Source: an uncultured virus (IMG/VR IMGVR_UViG_3300032229_000206)
Lineage: Duplodnaviria > Heunggongvirae > Uroviricota > Caudoviricetes
DNA: 34,691 nt
IMG/VR virus record: IMGVR_UViG_3300032229_000206
Strand: one strand, 5' to 3'
Under the pieces are notes generated by a model that was not told the origin of the DNA, did no database searches, and worked only from the letters and a program-made list of their open reading frames with translations. The translations under genes were made by a program, and so were the position numbers. Positions 1 through 8,153 of the stretch are shown one piece after another. How positions within the stretch are numbered: the stretch's first letter is position 1; each line of letters begins with the position of its first letter.

Positions 1-173
1 GGGTAGTCTATATTTAAACTGCCTTCAGATAAGGTAACAGATAGGGAATTAGCTACGTCAGCAGGCCATCCTGCAGCTACAGCTAGCTCTCGTAGCTCCA
101 AAGTAAGCTCTTTGGCAGCAGACTGAGCGTATGATAACGCGAGCTCTTCAGAGCTACTTGTGTCTTTTTCCAC
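1..173 (-). CDS. hypothetical phage protein, runs off the left edge
   Basis: Manual translation from GTG at 173 (VEKDTSSSEELALSYAQSAAKELTLELRELAVAAGWPADVANSLSVTLSEGSLNIDY...) is open to the window edge and overlaps the stop of the upstream gene. Not in the ORF track. Confidence 0.7.
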   Translation of the reverse strand, partial: MEKDTSSSEELALSYAQSAAKELTLELRELAVAAGWPADVANSLSVTLSEGSLNIDY

Positions 174-312
174 GAAGCTTCTTCCTTATAACGTACGCTG
201 CTAAAGCTCCAGTCCACACTATACGACTGGCAAGTTCTCCAGGAATGTTTTCTGTTATCTGCTCGCGGAATTCGATATCAGACGCTTTGTCTATTTTCTT
301 ATTCTCGGGCAT
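154..312 (-). CDS. hypothetical protein (52 aa)
   Basis: The ATG at 312 has GGAG 5 nt upstream. The longer track start at 393 runs through a terminator/leader region. Confidence 0.7.
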   Translation of the reverse strand: MPENKKIDKASDIEFREQITENIPGELASRIVWTGALAAYVIRKKLRGKRHK

Positions 313-390
313 GACATCTCCATAGAAGTAGCAAGGTACATCGCAAGGGTAGAGCTTTGAGTCCCGCATGGACTCAATACTAGGATAAAG

Positions 391-414
391 CAAAGAGGGG
401 CCTTTCGGCCCCTC
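391..414 (-). terminator. intrinsic terminator
   Basis: GAGGGGCC-GAAA-GGCCCCTC followed by TTTG, just after the stop at 421. Confidence 0.75.
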
Positions 415-420
415 AACTAC

Positions 421-651
421 TTACTTCTTTTTGTCATCCTTATCGGACTTCTTAATCTTCTTAATAATCTTGGCGTCAATCTTCTTATCTTCCGCCATAG
501 TCTTAGGCTTCTTCTTAGCTCCGTGAGCCTTGTCAGCCTTTTCAAACTTAGCCTTTTCGTCCTTGTCAAAGCCAGCCTTCTTAAGCATCTTAGAGTCCTT
601 TTTCTTATCCTTAGACTCTGTGTACTTGCCCTTCATAAATCCTGCAGCCAT
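421..651 (-). CDS. Lys/Asp-rich small basic protein
   Basis: 76 aa, extremely Lys-rich; TAATG coupling with the upstream gene. Confidence 0.8.
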   Translation of the reverse strand: MAAGFMKGKYTESKDKKKDSKMLKKAGFDKDEKAKFEKADKAHGAKKKPKTMAEDKKIDAKIIKKIKKSDKDDKKK

Positions 652-791
652 TACATGCCCTTCTTTCTTACCATTGAAGACTTCTTACCTTTAGCAGGTG
701 CAGTCTTTTTAGCGAACTTCTTGTTAGCCGCTTGCAGGGTCTTCATACCGTGCTTGTCTTTTGGCTTACCGCAGCCACAGGTGGCGCACAT
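651..791 (-). CDS. Lys-rich microprotein with N-terminal CxxCGC motif (46 aa)
   Basis: Manual translation MCATCGCGKPKDKHGMKTLQAANKKFAKKTAPAKGKKSSMVRKKGM; TAATG overlaps at both ends. Confidence 0.85.
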   Translation of the reverse strand: MCATCGCGKPKDKHGMKTLQAANKKFAKKTAPAKGKKSSMVRKKGM

Positions 792-958
792 TACTTCTTC
801 TTCTTTCGTAGGGCAGCAAAGTCTGAGCCTTCTAGCTTGCCGTCTTTATCAACATCAAGTTTCTTCTGCTTTGGAGACATACCCTTTGGGGCCGCCTTCT
901 TAGCTACTTTCTTAGCAGCCTTCTTCTTCTTTCCCATACATCCGCATGTAGCACACAT
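791..958 (-). CDS. Lys-rich microprotein with CxxCGC motif and EF-hand-like loop (55 aa)
   Basis: Manual translation MCATCGCMGKKKKAAKKVAKKAAPKGMSPKQKKLDVDKDGKLEGSDFAALRKKKK; TAATG overlaps at both ends. Confidence 0.85.
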   Translation of the reverse strand: MCATCGCMGKKKKAAKKVAKKAAPKGMSPKQKKLDVDKDGKLEGSDFAALRKKKK

Positions 959-1107
959 TATTTTTTACCAGCTTTCTTTGTAGTAGGTTTTGCAACTTTC
1001 TTCTTGCCAGAGCCTGCAGGGACGCAGTTCGGAACTTTCTTGCCACCCTTATTCTTCATGCCTACTTGAACGTAGCCATCCCAGCAAGGGTTAGTGTCTT
1101 TAGCCAT
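958..1107 (-). CDS. Lys-rich microprotein with CWDGY...VPNCVP motif (49 aa)
   Basis: Manual translation MAKDTNPCWDGYVQVGMKNKGGKKVPNCVPAGSGKKKVAKPTTKKAGKK; starts 2 nt after the upstream stop and has a TAATG overlap downstream. Confidence 0.85.
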   Translation of the reverse strand: MAKDTNPCWDGYVQVGMKNKGGKKVPNCVPAGSGKKKVAKPTTKKAGKK

Positions 1108-1109
1108 TA

Positions 1110-1394
1110 TCAAATAACCTTAGAGTAAAGAACAGTTAATGCATTTGCTGGGCTAGTTGTAGCCGCTACAGCGTATAGCTTATCTTCAGCGTTTAAAGTA
1201 ACTGTGTATATGTAGTCTTTATATGCAGGCATGCCTTTATCTGCTCCTGAAGTCGCAAGGGAAGCATCACCAATATAAATTGTGTGGTTTGCATCATTAA
1301 ATACAGTAATCACTGTTGCAGGATTTCCTTCAGGAAGGTTAACAATTAAAGTTGGGGTCGTTCCTACAGTAAAAGATTCGTGTACAAGCGCCAT
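1110..1394 (-). CDS. hypothetical beta-rich protein, possibly virion-associated
   Basis: 94 aa ORF with AGGAG RBS, in operon. Confidence 0.75.
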   Translation of the reverse strand: MALVHESFTVGTTPTLIVNLPEGNPATVITVFNDANHTIYIGDASLATSGADKGMPAYKDYIYTVTLNAEDKLYAVAATTSPANALTVLYSKVI

Positions 1395-1402
1395 GGTGTC
1401 TC

Positions 1403-1924
1403 CTAGGATGCGTATTGGGAAAACTGAGGGTCGTTGACCATCTCTTCAGGCATCAACTGAATACATTCTACGCTGAGGATGGTGAACCTGTCTGCCACAA
1501 TGCCACGCTCTTGGATAGCAAACGGGCGATATACCTGACCACGCCAGACCACACGGTCACGGTTGTTAGTATCTGGGCGAAAGATGATGTTAGGAGCAAA
1601 CTTCTGTACATCTTCAATGTTGAAAGTTAAGTGCAAAGTATCAGCGTTGTAGTAACCAACTGCTGAGGTTTTAGCCTCACCCTGCTTAATAACCGCTCTT
1701 ACTACTGGCACTGGGTATGGACCAGTCCAAACCTTGCCACCTACAGAGGATGAGATATCTTGACCAACATCGTAGATAGGGTCTACTGTGGTATTGATTG
1801 CATCAAAAATCCACCACTCAGCATTTGTTCCTACTGGATGCTTTAGGTCTGTGTCAACGCCTTTAAGGATAGCGGTAGTCTCAAAGTCTGCGTCAAAGCG
1901 ACCGCCTGGAGAATGGGCTCTCAT
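1403..1924 (-). CDS. putative head-closure/neck protein
   Basis: 173 aa; the DRVVWRGQVYRP pattern is typical of head-closure beta-barrels; coupled to the GT2 stop. Function is inferred. Confidence 0.5.
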   Translation of the reverse strand: MRAHSPGGRFDADFETTAILKGVDTDLKHPVGTNAEWWIFDAINTTVDPIYDVGQDISSSVGGKVWTGPYPVPVVRAVIKQGEAKTSAVGYYNADTLHLTFNIEDVQKFAPNIIFRPDTNNRDRVVWRGQVYRPFAIQERGIVADRFTILSVECIQLMPEEMVNDPQFSQYAS

Positions 1925-2979
1925 TAGACTCCCTGTTTGTAGAACTCTAGGTTACTAAGTAATCTCTCATCTGTAGGGCTAAGCTCTACCGCCTTTTCCC
2001 CAAACTCAAGCGCTTTCTCTCTTTCGTTTAACCAATAGGCGCATACTGCAGCTAGGTCGTATGGAATAGAACCCCAAGCAAATGCTTCATTTAAATAGTC
2101 TAATTGACGTTCTTTAATATTGATTGCCTTTTTACAGAGTGTGTAGCACTCCGACATGCGGCCTTTGTCATAGTGATATTGAGCTAGCTCTACATAAGCC
2201 TCACGTTTGCCAGGCTCTTCTTGCATAGCTAGCTTCCACCACTTAAGTTTTTCTTCCTCATCAATAGAGCACTTAGCTATATAACGCATAGAAGCGGCAC
2301 GTTCAGCTTTCCATATAGCTTTAGGTAGAGATAGGTGGCGTTCAAACTGAGCCTTGGCTTCTTCTATTTGACCGTGGAAAAATAACTCACGAGCGTAGTA
2401 GTAGGCGTTACGGTCGTTGTGTGGGTCTTCTTCTATTGATAGTTTAAGAAGTGGAAGGTACTGGCTGCGAGACTTACTGTCATCTGCCTTGTGCCATAGC
2501 CCTAGTTGAGACCAATATTCTTTTTCCTCTAAGCGGTCTGTATATAAACACTCATGTACAGGATGTACCCAACGATAGCCGTGGCGGGCGTGAATCTTAT
2601 CCCCACCAAATACTAAGCCAGGTGAGCCATCTGGATTAAAGTTCCATGTGTAGTTGTAGCGAATACGAGTAGTTCCAGCAGGGGCCTTCTCTATCTCTTT
2701 ACGCCAATCAGGTGCTAAAAGCTCATCCATGTCCAAAGAGATGCACATATCAATATCATCTGGGAGTAGGGCAAGAGCCGCATTTCTAGCATCATCAAAC
2801 CGCCATGGTCGTACGCTTATTACATGTACGTTGATTCCTAGAGCACGTGCTTTTTCAACTGTACCATCTATAGAACCAGTATCAGCAATCATTAGGTAGT
2901 CAGCGTCTTTGCAAGACTCATACCAGCGTTCTACGAACTGTTCTTCATTAAGGGCGATAGTGTATACGGCTATTTTCAT
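1924..2979 (-). CDS. family 2 glycosyltransferase with C-terminal TPR repeats
   Basis: IAVYTIALNEE, ADTGSIDGT, FDDARNAAL, SLDMDE (DxD) and VHE motifs, followed by helical TPR-like repeats. Confidence 0.9.
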   Translation of the reverse strand: MKIAVYTIALNEEQFVERWYESCKDADYLMIADTGSIDGTVEKARALGINVHVISVRPWRFDDARNAALALLPDDIDMCISLDMDELLAPDWRKEIEKAPAGTTRIRYNYTWNFNPDGSPGLVFGGDKIHARHGYRWVHPVHECLYTDRLEEKEYWSQLGLWHKADDSKSRSQYLPLLKLSIEEDPHNDRNAYYYARELFFHGQIEEAKAQFERHLSLPKAIWKAERAASMRYIAKCSIDEEEKLKWWKLAMQEEPGKREAYVELAQYHYDKGRMSECYTLCKKAINIKERQLDYLNEAFAWGSIPYDLAAVCAYWLNEREKALEFGEKAVELSPTDERLLSNLEFYKQGV

Positions 2980-2996
2980 ACGCTTATTATACTCCT

Positions 2997-3034
2997 AAAA
3001 AGAAAAGCCCCACCAGTCCCGTAGGACGGTGGGG
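2997..3034 (-). terminator. intrinsic terminator
   Basis: CCCCACC-GTCC-TACG-GGAC-T-GGTGGGG followed by CTTTTCTTTTT; UNCG tetraloop. Confidence 0.8.
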
Positions 3035-3049
3035 AACTAATCTTAATTA

Positions 3050-3433
3050 TTAAGCTAGTGTTGCGAACTCTAGACGACCGTAGATAGTTGTTCCACCATC
3101 TGGTGAGTAGAATACAAGAACTGACTTGTTTGTACCTGATGCAATAGTAGGGACTGAGCCGCCATCCCAAGTAATACCGTTGAAAGCCACAGCGTTAGCG
3201 CCACGGTTTGCAACTTCTACTTGCCAACGTGTTCCATATCCTGATGGCACACCAGTAAAGGTTACTGTTACAGCACCTACTGGGTTAGCAATACGAATGA
3301 AAGAACCGTTTGTTGGATTGACAGATACAGAGCCTGTCTGTCCTACAAGATTCTGAAGACGACCTGTAACCCCCACATTGATGTAGGCATCGTTAGACTG
3401 GGCCAACACCGTTGGCTGTGAGGAAATTGCCAT
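3050..3433 (-). CDS. small virion fibre-associated protein
   Basis: 127 aa beta-rich; the ITWDGGSVPTI...YSPDGGTTIYG ending resembles phage fibre tip domains; N-terminus MAISS matches the 1223-aa fibre. Confidence 0.6.
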   Translation of the reverse strand: MAISSQPTVLAQSNDAYINVGVTGRLQNLVGQTGSVSVNPTNGSFIRIANPVGAVTVTFTGVPSGYGTRWQVEVANRGANAVAFNGITWDGGSVPTIASGTNKSVLVFYSPDGGTTIYGRLEFATLA

Positions 3434-3726
3434 TACTTGCTCGCTTTCTTAGCAGGTTTTTCTTCTTCTTCTGCTGGAGCTTCTACTGCCTTTGGTGCAT
3501 CTGGGTCATCAAACCCAGCGCCGTTCCAAAGAGCCTTAGCTGCTTCTGGAATTGTTGGTGGGAACCACACGCCATTAGCGCGTGTCCAACCACGTGATGG
3601 TTCTGGGTCCAGACCATCGATATTCACTACCTCAAAAAGCTGACCTAGAGTACCTAGGTCATCTTCTGAAGCTGCGACCATTACCTGAGTAATGATGTCA
3701 CTATCAACGAATGCGTACTTTGCCAT
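3433..3726 (-). CDS. putative tail-fibre assembly/chaperone-like protein
   Basis: 97 aa, directly downstream of the large fibre; KYAFVD...GWT...G.W.PP pattern. Confidence 0.5.
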   Translation of the reverse strand: MAKYAFVDSDIITQVMVAASEDDLGTLGQLFEVVNIDGLDPEPSRGWTRANGVWFPPTIPEAAKALWNGAGFDDPDAPKAVEAPAEEEEKPAKKASK

Positions 3727-3737
3727 TTTCTATCTCC

Positions 3738-6700
3738 TTAGAGGACTGCCTTGTCGAACCAGCGAATCATAGCAAAGCCATCTGCGCCGTTTCCACCAAA
3801 GGACATGTAACCATAGTACTGGCAACCGTTAAGGTCAACGTCAACGACGTCTCCAGCATCCATGTAGAGGAACTCCCATGTCACATCAAAGAATGATGCA
3901 TCTACAGGAGCTGCAAGTGTTTGCCAGTAACCAGATGTTGCACCTGTTGCTCCAAGGTAAGTAATTGTGTTAGTACCTGAGAACACGATGTCAAATGGAG
4001 GGCGGTCTTCGCGGATGATGACGTTGCGGTCATTCTTCCAGCGAACTGTTGGACGTACACGCTTTGGTAGACCTGTGAACTGTGCAGATGTAACACCGCC
4101 AGGAGCAGTTGTTAGACGTGCAGCCACACCAGGGAATACTAGAGGGATACGTGGAAGGATAGGGAATGACTGCCATGAAGTTGTAACTTTGGCATTACCT
4201 GTATCCTGAATAACTGTACGTAGAACGTTTGAACCGTAGAAACCAGCCTGTGCTGAGATGTTGGTTACTGCGTTGTAAATAGGGTTCCACTTGAAGAATT
4301 CAGATGTTAGCGCTTCGTAGTTCACTGCTGGTGATGCAGAGTTGTGAGTAAGAAGTGTCTGTGGAACGTTAGTCCAGTTAGAACCACCACCACCGCCACC
4401 TGCTCCAGTGTTCTGGATAGCGTCAAGACCACGTGCGTAGTAATCCTGTGTAGTAGAAGCTTGGGTTGAAATCCATGTTGGAGCACCCTTACCGCCACCG
4501 TTTTGTCCGTAACCAGGAGTTGCCTGTGTCTGAGAGTTAGATGCGTTCCAACCCGCTCCACCGCCTCCGCCACCAAGTGGTAGACCTAGAGGTGAACCTG
4601 AGTTAAGGCCATTAAGTAGAACACCATTACCACCATCGCCTGCTTTACCCATCATATGTGATGTACCAGTTGTGGTTGTGTGCCATACAGCAAAGCCACC
4701 TTGGTGACCGCGCATAGGCCAAATCTGCTGTGAAGAACCAGCTGTTGTACGGTACTGGTCAACTGAGTTAGAGCTTGAAACAGATGTTCCGTACATGATT
4801 GCTGGTGAACCAAATGAGCTTGCGCCCGCTCCGCCACCTGCAAGTGTTGTGAATGACTGAGAGCCCTGAGCTGCGTGACCGCCGTTGTTACCGCCTTCAA
4901 GGCCATACTGCCAGTGACGTGAGTTAGTGTTCCAAGTACCACCACCTCCACCGCCTTCTGCAGATAGAGTTCCAAGTGAGTTAACAATTGGAGTTAGGCC
5001 AGGCTGTCCTGCATAGAAGAAGTTGACGTTATCAACTTTCTTGTATGTAGTAGCAACTGCTGCTGGTTCTAGCTGTGGAGCAAGAATGTGGTATTCAGAA
5101 ACAGTACCAGTTGCAGATTGTGCACCCTGGAAGTTCAAGATACCAAACTTAGCCCAACGTGCTGTTGCTGGTGCTGCTACACCATTGACTGCAACGCGTA
5201 CTGGGTAAGTAACTGCTGGCATCTGCTGGTTAAATGTTGCTGCACCAGAGATTGGGATAAAGACGTTGCTTCCTTCTGTGCGAAGGAGTGAGTTGAAGTC
5301 AGCATCAAAGTACTCAATATACGCACGAGTTGGGCGATACTGGTTAGCTGTACCTGTTGCTACTACGAACGCAGAACCTGAGTATTGAACCGCAGGTGTT
5401 ACGCGAACAAAGCGATGTGAAGTTTCAAGGTTTGCACCGTTGGTTGAGTTAGTCTGCATAAGCATTGACTGAGCCTCACGGTAGATTGGCATACGCCATG
5501 TTGTAGCAACGTTACCAACTTCAAGCTGTAGGTTGTCAATCCAGAAGTTAACTGATGGCTGCTGGAAGACAATTACAGGGTGAATAAACTGTGGTGTTGA
5601 ACCCCACTGGTACACACCGTTAGCAAGAGCTGACGCAATAGCTGGTGTTGAGAATGTTGCTGAAAGACGGCGCCATCCTGTCTGACCAACAGTTACGTTA
5701 GAACCAAGCATCTGGACACCAGCTGGGTTAGCAAATGTAAGAGATGTTGAAGATAGTGGGGCGTTAGTAGCTAGAGACAAAGTAACAGACGTTCCAACAA
5801 GGTTAGAGACAACAGTGTTTGACTGGATACCAGAGCCTGTTACAGCCATACCAATCAAGATACCTGTAGCGTCTGCAACAGTAATTACTGTTGCTCCGTT
5901 TGAACCTGTACCAGTAGTACCAAATGAACCACCGTAGTTAGTCAATGTTGCTGGGGTTGTCTGGCGTACGAAGAATCCGTTAGCCTGACCAGCATCGATT
6001 GAGTTAGTTGTACCAGAGTTAGAACCACCAAGGTATGAAACGTTTGAAACTGCGTTCCATGAACCACCTGCAGAACGAATCTGGAAGAGGATAGGTGTTG
6101 ATGTACTGATATTTACGTTAGTTGAAACGTAGGCGGTCATTGTGTAAGTAGCACCTGGGATGTAAGGAACACCCTGGAAGGTTGTAGATGTCTGGGTACC
6201 GTTAGATGTGTTGGTTGAGTTCATTGTTGAGAACTGAACCCATGTAGGTGCACCAGCAGATGTTGATGAGCTTGTACCAGCGATAAGACCGTTGATACCA
6301 AAAGCACCAGAGTAAGAAACTGTTACTGTCTGAGCGGTCTGATTTGAGGTTGCTGCAGCAGATACTGTAATAGAAGTTGCACTATCAACGCTGAGTACAA
6401 CTGTACCTGAAGCAAACATTGAACCAACAATGTACATATTTGGATAAATGTTAAGAGTAGAGTCAACTGTAACTGTTGTTGAGTTAAGTACAGTGGTTAC
6501 TACCTTGCTGTATCCACCAACCATTTCTGGAAGCTTTGTAGGCACACCAGCGTTTGTGATTGAGAATGAAGACAGCGCAGTACCATACTGACGAATGTAG
6601 TTGTTAGTAAGGATTGCTGCTTCTTCAAGCTGTGCAACTTCTGGCTGAAGGATATTGTTAGAAAGATTTGTAAAGTATGGGCTACCAGCAGTATTAGCTG

Positions 6701-7409
6701 TCTGTGGGTTAGTGAAGATGTCCGCACCCGCAGATGAGATGTTGTTGAAGTATACGTTTGATGGGCGAACTACTGTTGAGCCCTGTCCGATACCTACAAC
6801 TGTTGCTACTGTACCTGTGTTAGCTACAGAAAGAGTAACCAAGTTACCTGAAACAGTTACAATCTGAGCGTTAGTACCGAGGTTAGTACCTGTTACAAAC
6901 TGACCAGTCGCTAGACCGTTAGAGTTTGGATACACAGTGATAGAAGACTGACCTGAGATACCTGTTGCTGAACGGTAGTAGGTTGCTGCATCCCATGAGT
7001 TAACTGAGTAATCAAAATCTGAGTTAACAAGAAGGTTAGCAATAGTAATGTTACCGAATACGGTAGCAGAGCCGTTACCTCCAGGAAGAGTGTTAGTTGT
7101 ATCAGCAGCGCCGTTAATAGCACCCTGACCACCTTGTCCACCTGCACCGATTGTTACGTTGTAAGTTGTAAGAGGTGTGACAGTAAGGTTACGAACAATT
7201 ACCTGTCCACCAGCGCCACCGCCACCAGCGATATCTTGTGAACCGCCGCCGCCTCCGCCGCCTGCTCCTACGAGAATGATTTGTGCGCTTGTTACGCCCG
7301 CAGGCGCAGTCCAGGTACCACTGGCTGTAAAAGTGGCCTCATTGATGAACAAGCGACCCGAATTGTCATTCGGGAAGACGATAAAGTCTTTACTTGAGGA
7401 AATTGCCAT
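3738..7409 (-). CDS. large tail-fibre/receptor-binding protein with Gly-rich and CBM-like domains
   Basis: 1223 aa; TFTASGTWTAPAGVT..VGAGGGGG Gly-rich domain closing with GGNGADGFAMIRW; CBM-like segments (NLLVNSDFD, WRRLSATF, IDNLQLEVG). Confidence 0.8.
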   Translation of the reverse strand: MAISSSKDFIVFPNDNSGRLFINEATFTASGTWTAPAGVTSAQIILVGAGGGGGGGSQDIAGGGGAGGQVIVRNLTVTPLTTYNVTIGAGGQGGQGAINGAADTTNTLPGGNGSATVFGNITIANLLVNSDFDYSVNSWDAATYYRSATGISGQSSITVYPNSNGLATGQFVTGTNLGTNAQIVTVSGNLVTLSVANTGTVATVVGIGQGSTVVRPSNVYFNNISSAGADIFTNPQTANTAGSPYFTNLSNNILQPEVAQLEEAAILTNNYIRQYGTALSSFSITNAGVPTKLPEMVGGYSKVVTTVLNSTTVTVDSTLNIYPNMYIVGSMFASGTVVLSVDSATSITVSAAATSNQTAQTVTVSYSGAFGINGLIAGTSSSTSAGAPTWVQFSTMNSTNTSNGTQTSTTFQGVPYIPGATYTMTAYVSTNVNISTSTPILFQIRSAGGSWNAVSNVSYLGGSNSGTTNSIDAGQANGFFVRQTTPATLTNYGGSFGTTGTGSNGATVITVADATGILIGMAVTGSGIQSNTVVSNLVGTSVTLSLATNAPLSSTSLTFANPAGVQMLGSNVTVGQTGWRRLSATFSTPAIASALANGVYQWGSTPQFIHPVIVFQQPSVNFWIDNLQLEVGNVATTWRMPIYREAQSMLMQTNSTNGANLETSHRFVRVTPAVQYSGSAFVVATGTANQYRPTRAYIEYFDADFNSLLRTEGSNVFIPISGAATFNQQMPAVTYPVRVAVNGVAAPATARWAKFGILNFQGAQSATGTVSEYHILAPQLEPAAVATTYKKVDNVNFFYAGQPGLTPIVNSLGTLSAEGGGGGGTWNTNSRHWQYGLEGGNNGGHAAQGSQSFTTLAGGGAGASSFGSPAIMYGTSVSSSNSVDQYRTTAGSSQQIWPMRGHQGGFAVWHTTTTGTSHMMGKAGDGGNGVLLNGLNSGSPLGLPLGGGGGGAGWNASNSQTQATPGYGQNGGGKGAPTWISTQASTTQDYYARGLDAIQNTGAGGGGGGSNWTNVPQTLLTHNSASPAVNYEALTSEFFKWNPIYNAVTNISAQAGFYGSNVLRTVIQDTGNAKVTTSWQSFPILPRIPLVFPGVAARLTTAPGGVTSAQFTGLPKRVRPTVRWKNDRNVIIREDRPPFDIVFSGTNTITYLGATGATSGYWQTLAAPVDASFFDVTWEFLYMDAGDVVDVDLNGCQYYGYMSFGGNGADGFAMIRWFDKAVL

Positions 7410-7434
7410 TGATAGTTACCTGTCCTTTTCTTAA

Positions 7435-7740
7435 TTAAGAAATCAATACGCCAGAGATTAAAAAGTCAACAGCTGACGCCTGGTCTGCTGTTACTGTAAT
7501 CGTCTCCGCTGCGTTTAATACGGTGCGAGCATCAAAGTTTACAGTACCGTTTGCTGGAACCTGTAGACCTGTGCAAAATGAAACTCCTCCAGTAAGGACT
7601 GTTACCGTACGGGTAGCAGCTGTCTTGTTTGAAAGGATGATGTTAGTGATGATTGCAGTGTTAGAAGCTGGAACCGCATAAGCACTTCCGTCTGAAGTAC
7701 CAGCTGTACCCGCTCTGAATCGTGTTACTGTTGTTGGCAT
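7435..7740 (-). CDS. small virion structural protein
   Basis: 101 aa; YAVPASNTAIITNIILSN...ISGVLIS, a small beta-sandwich common in fibre clusters. Confidence 0.65.
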   Translation of the reverse strand: MPTTVTRFRAGTAGTSDGSAYAVPASNTAIITNIILSNKTAATRTVTVLTGGVSFCTGLQVPANGTVNFDARTVLNAAETITVTADQASAVDFLISGVLIS

Positions 7741-8078
7741 TACGCTAGTACTCCTATATACGCTAGATTGGTTAGATTAGCTGCTTCTGCTTGAATAGCC
7801 GCTACCTTGTTATTTCCCGCAGTGTTGACTGCAGAAACCTGTGTTGTTCCTGCGGTATTAACAGCAGTAACCTGTGTTGTACCAGCAGTAGTGATTGCTG
7901 TTACGCGGTCAGCGGTTGCAGCAACAATGTCATTGACGCCCAGAAGGGTGCCTAGAGTTTCAAGGGTCTTTGCAACGTAGATTAGCTCTTGTGCTGTATA
8001 AGTACTAGCTGCAAGGCTGGTTGTGATTTCTGATTTAACAGAATCAATCTGCGTAGCTAAGGATGTGTAATCAGGCAT
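7740..8078 (-). CDS. helical hypothetical protein with 11-aa repeats
   Basis: 112 aa; (TAGTTQVTAVN)-type repeats suggest a coiled coil. Confidence 0.75.
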   Translation of the reverse strand: MPDYTSLATQIDSVKSEITTSLAASTYTAQELIYVAKTLETLGTLLGVNDIVAATADRVTAITTAGTTQVTAVNTAGTTQVSAVNTAGNNKVAAIQAEAANLTNLAYIGVLA

Positions 8079-8110
8079 TCTATATTTACCTACCTTCCGA
8101 GGTTATTAAA

Positions 8111-8145
8111 AGTATAGCGTTTTTTAAAAAAGGGGCACTGTAAAC
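8111..8145 (-). promoter_or_regulatory. putative promoter GTTT-N3-GTGCCC-N16-TATACT
   Basis: Intergenic and aligns with similar elements at 15788, 18278 and 20891. Confidence 0.5.
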
Positions 8146-8153
8146 CTTTAACA

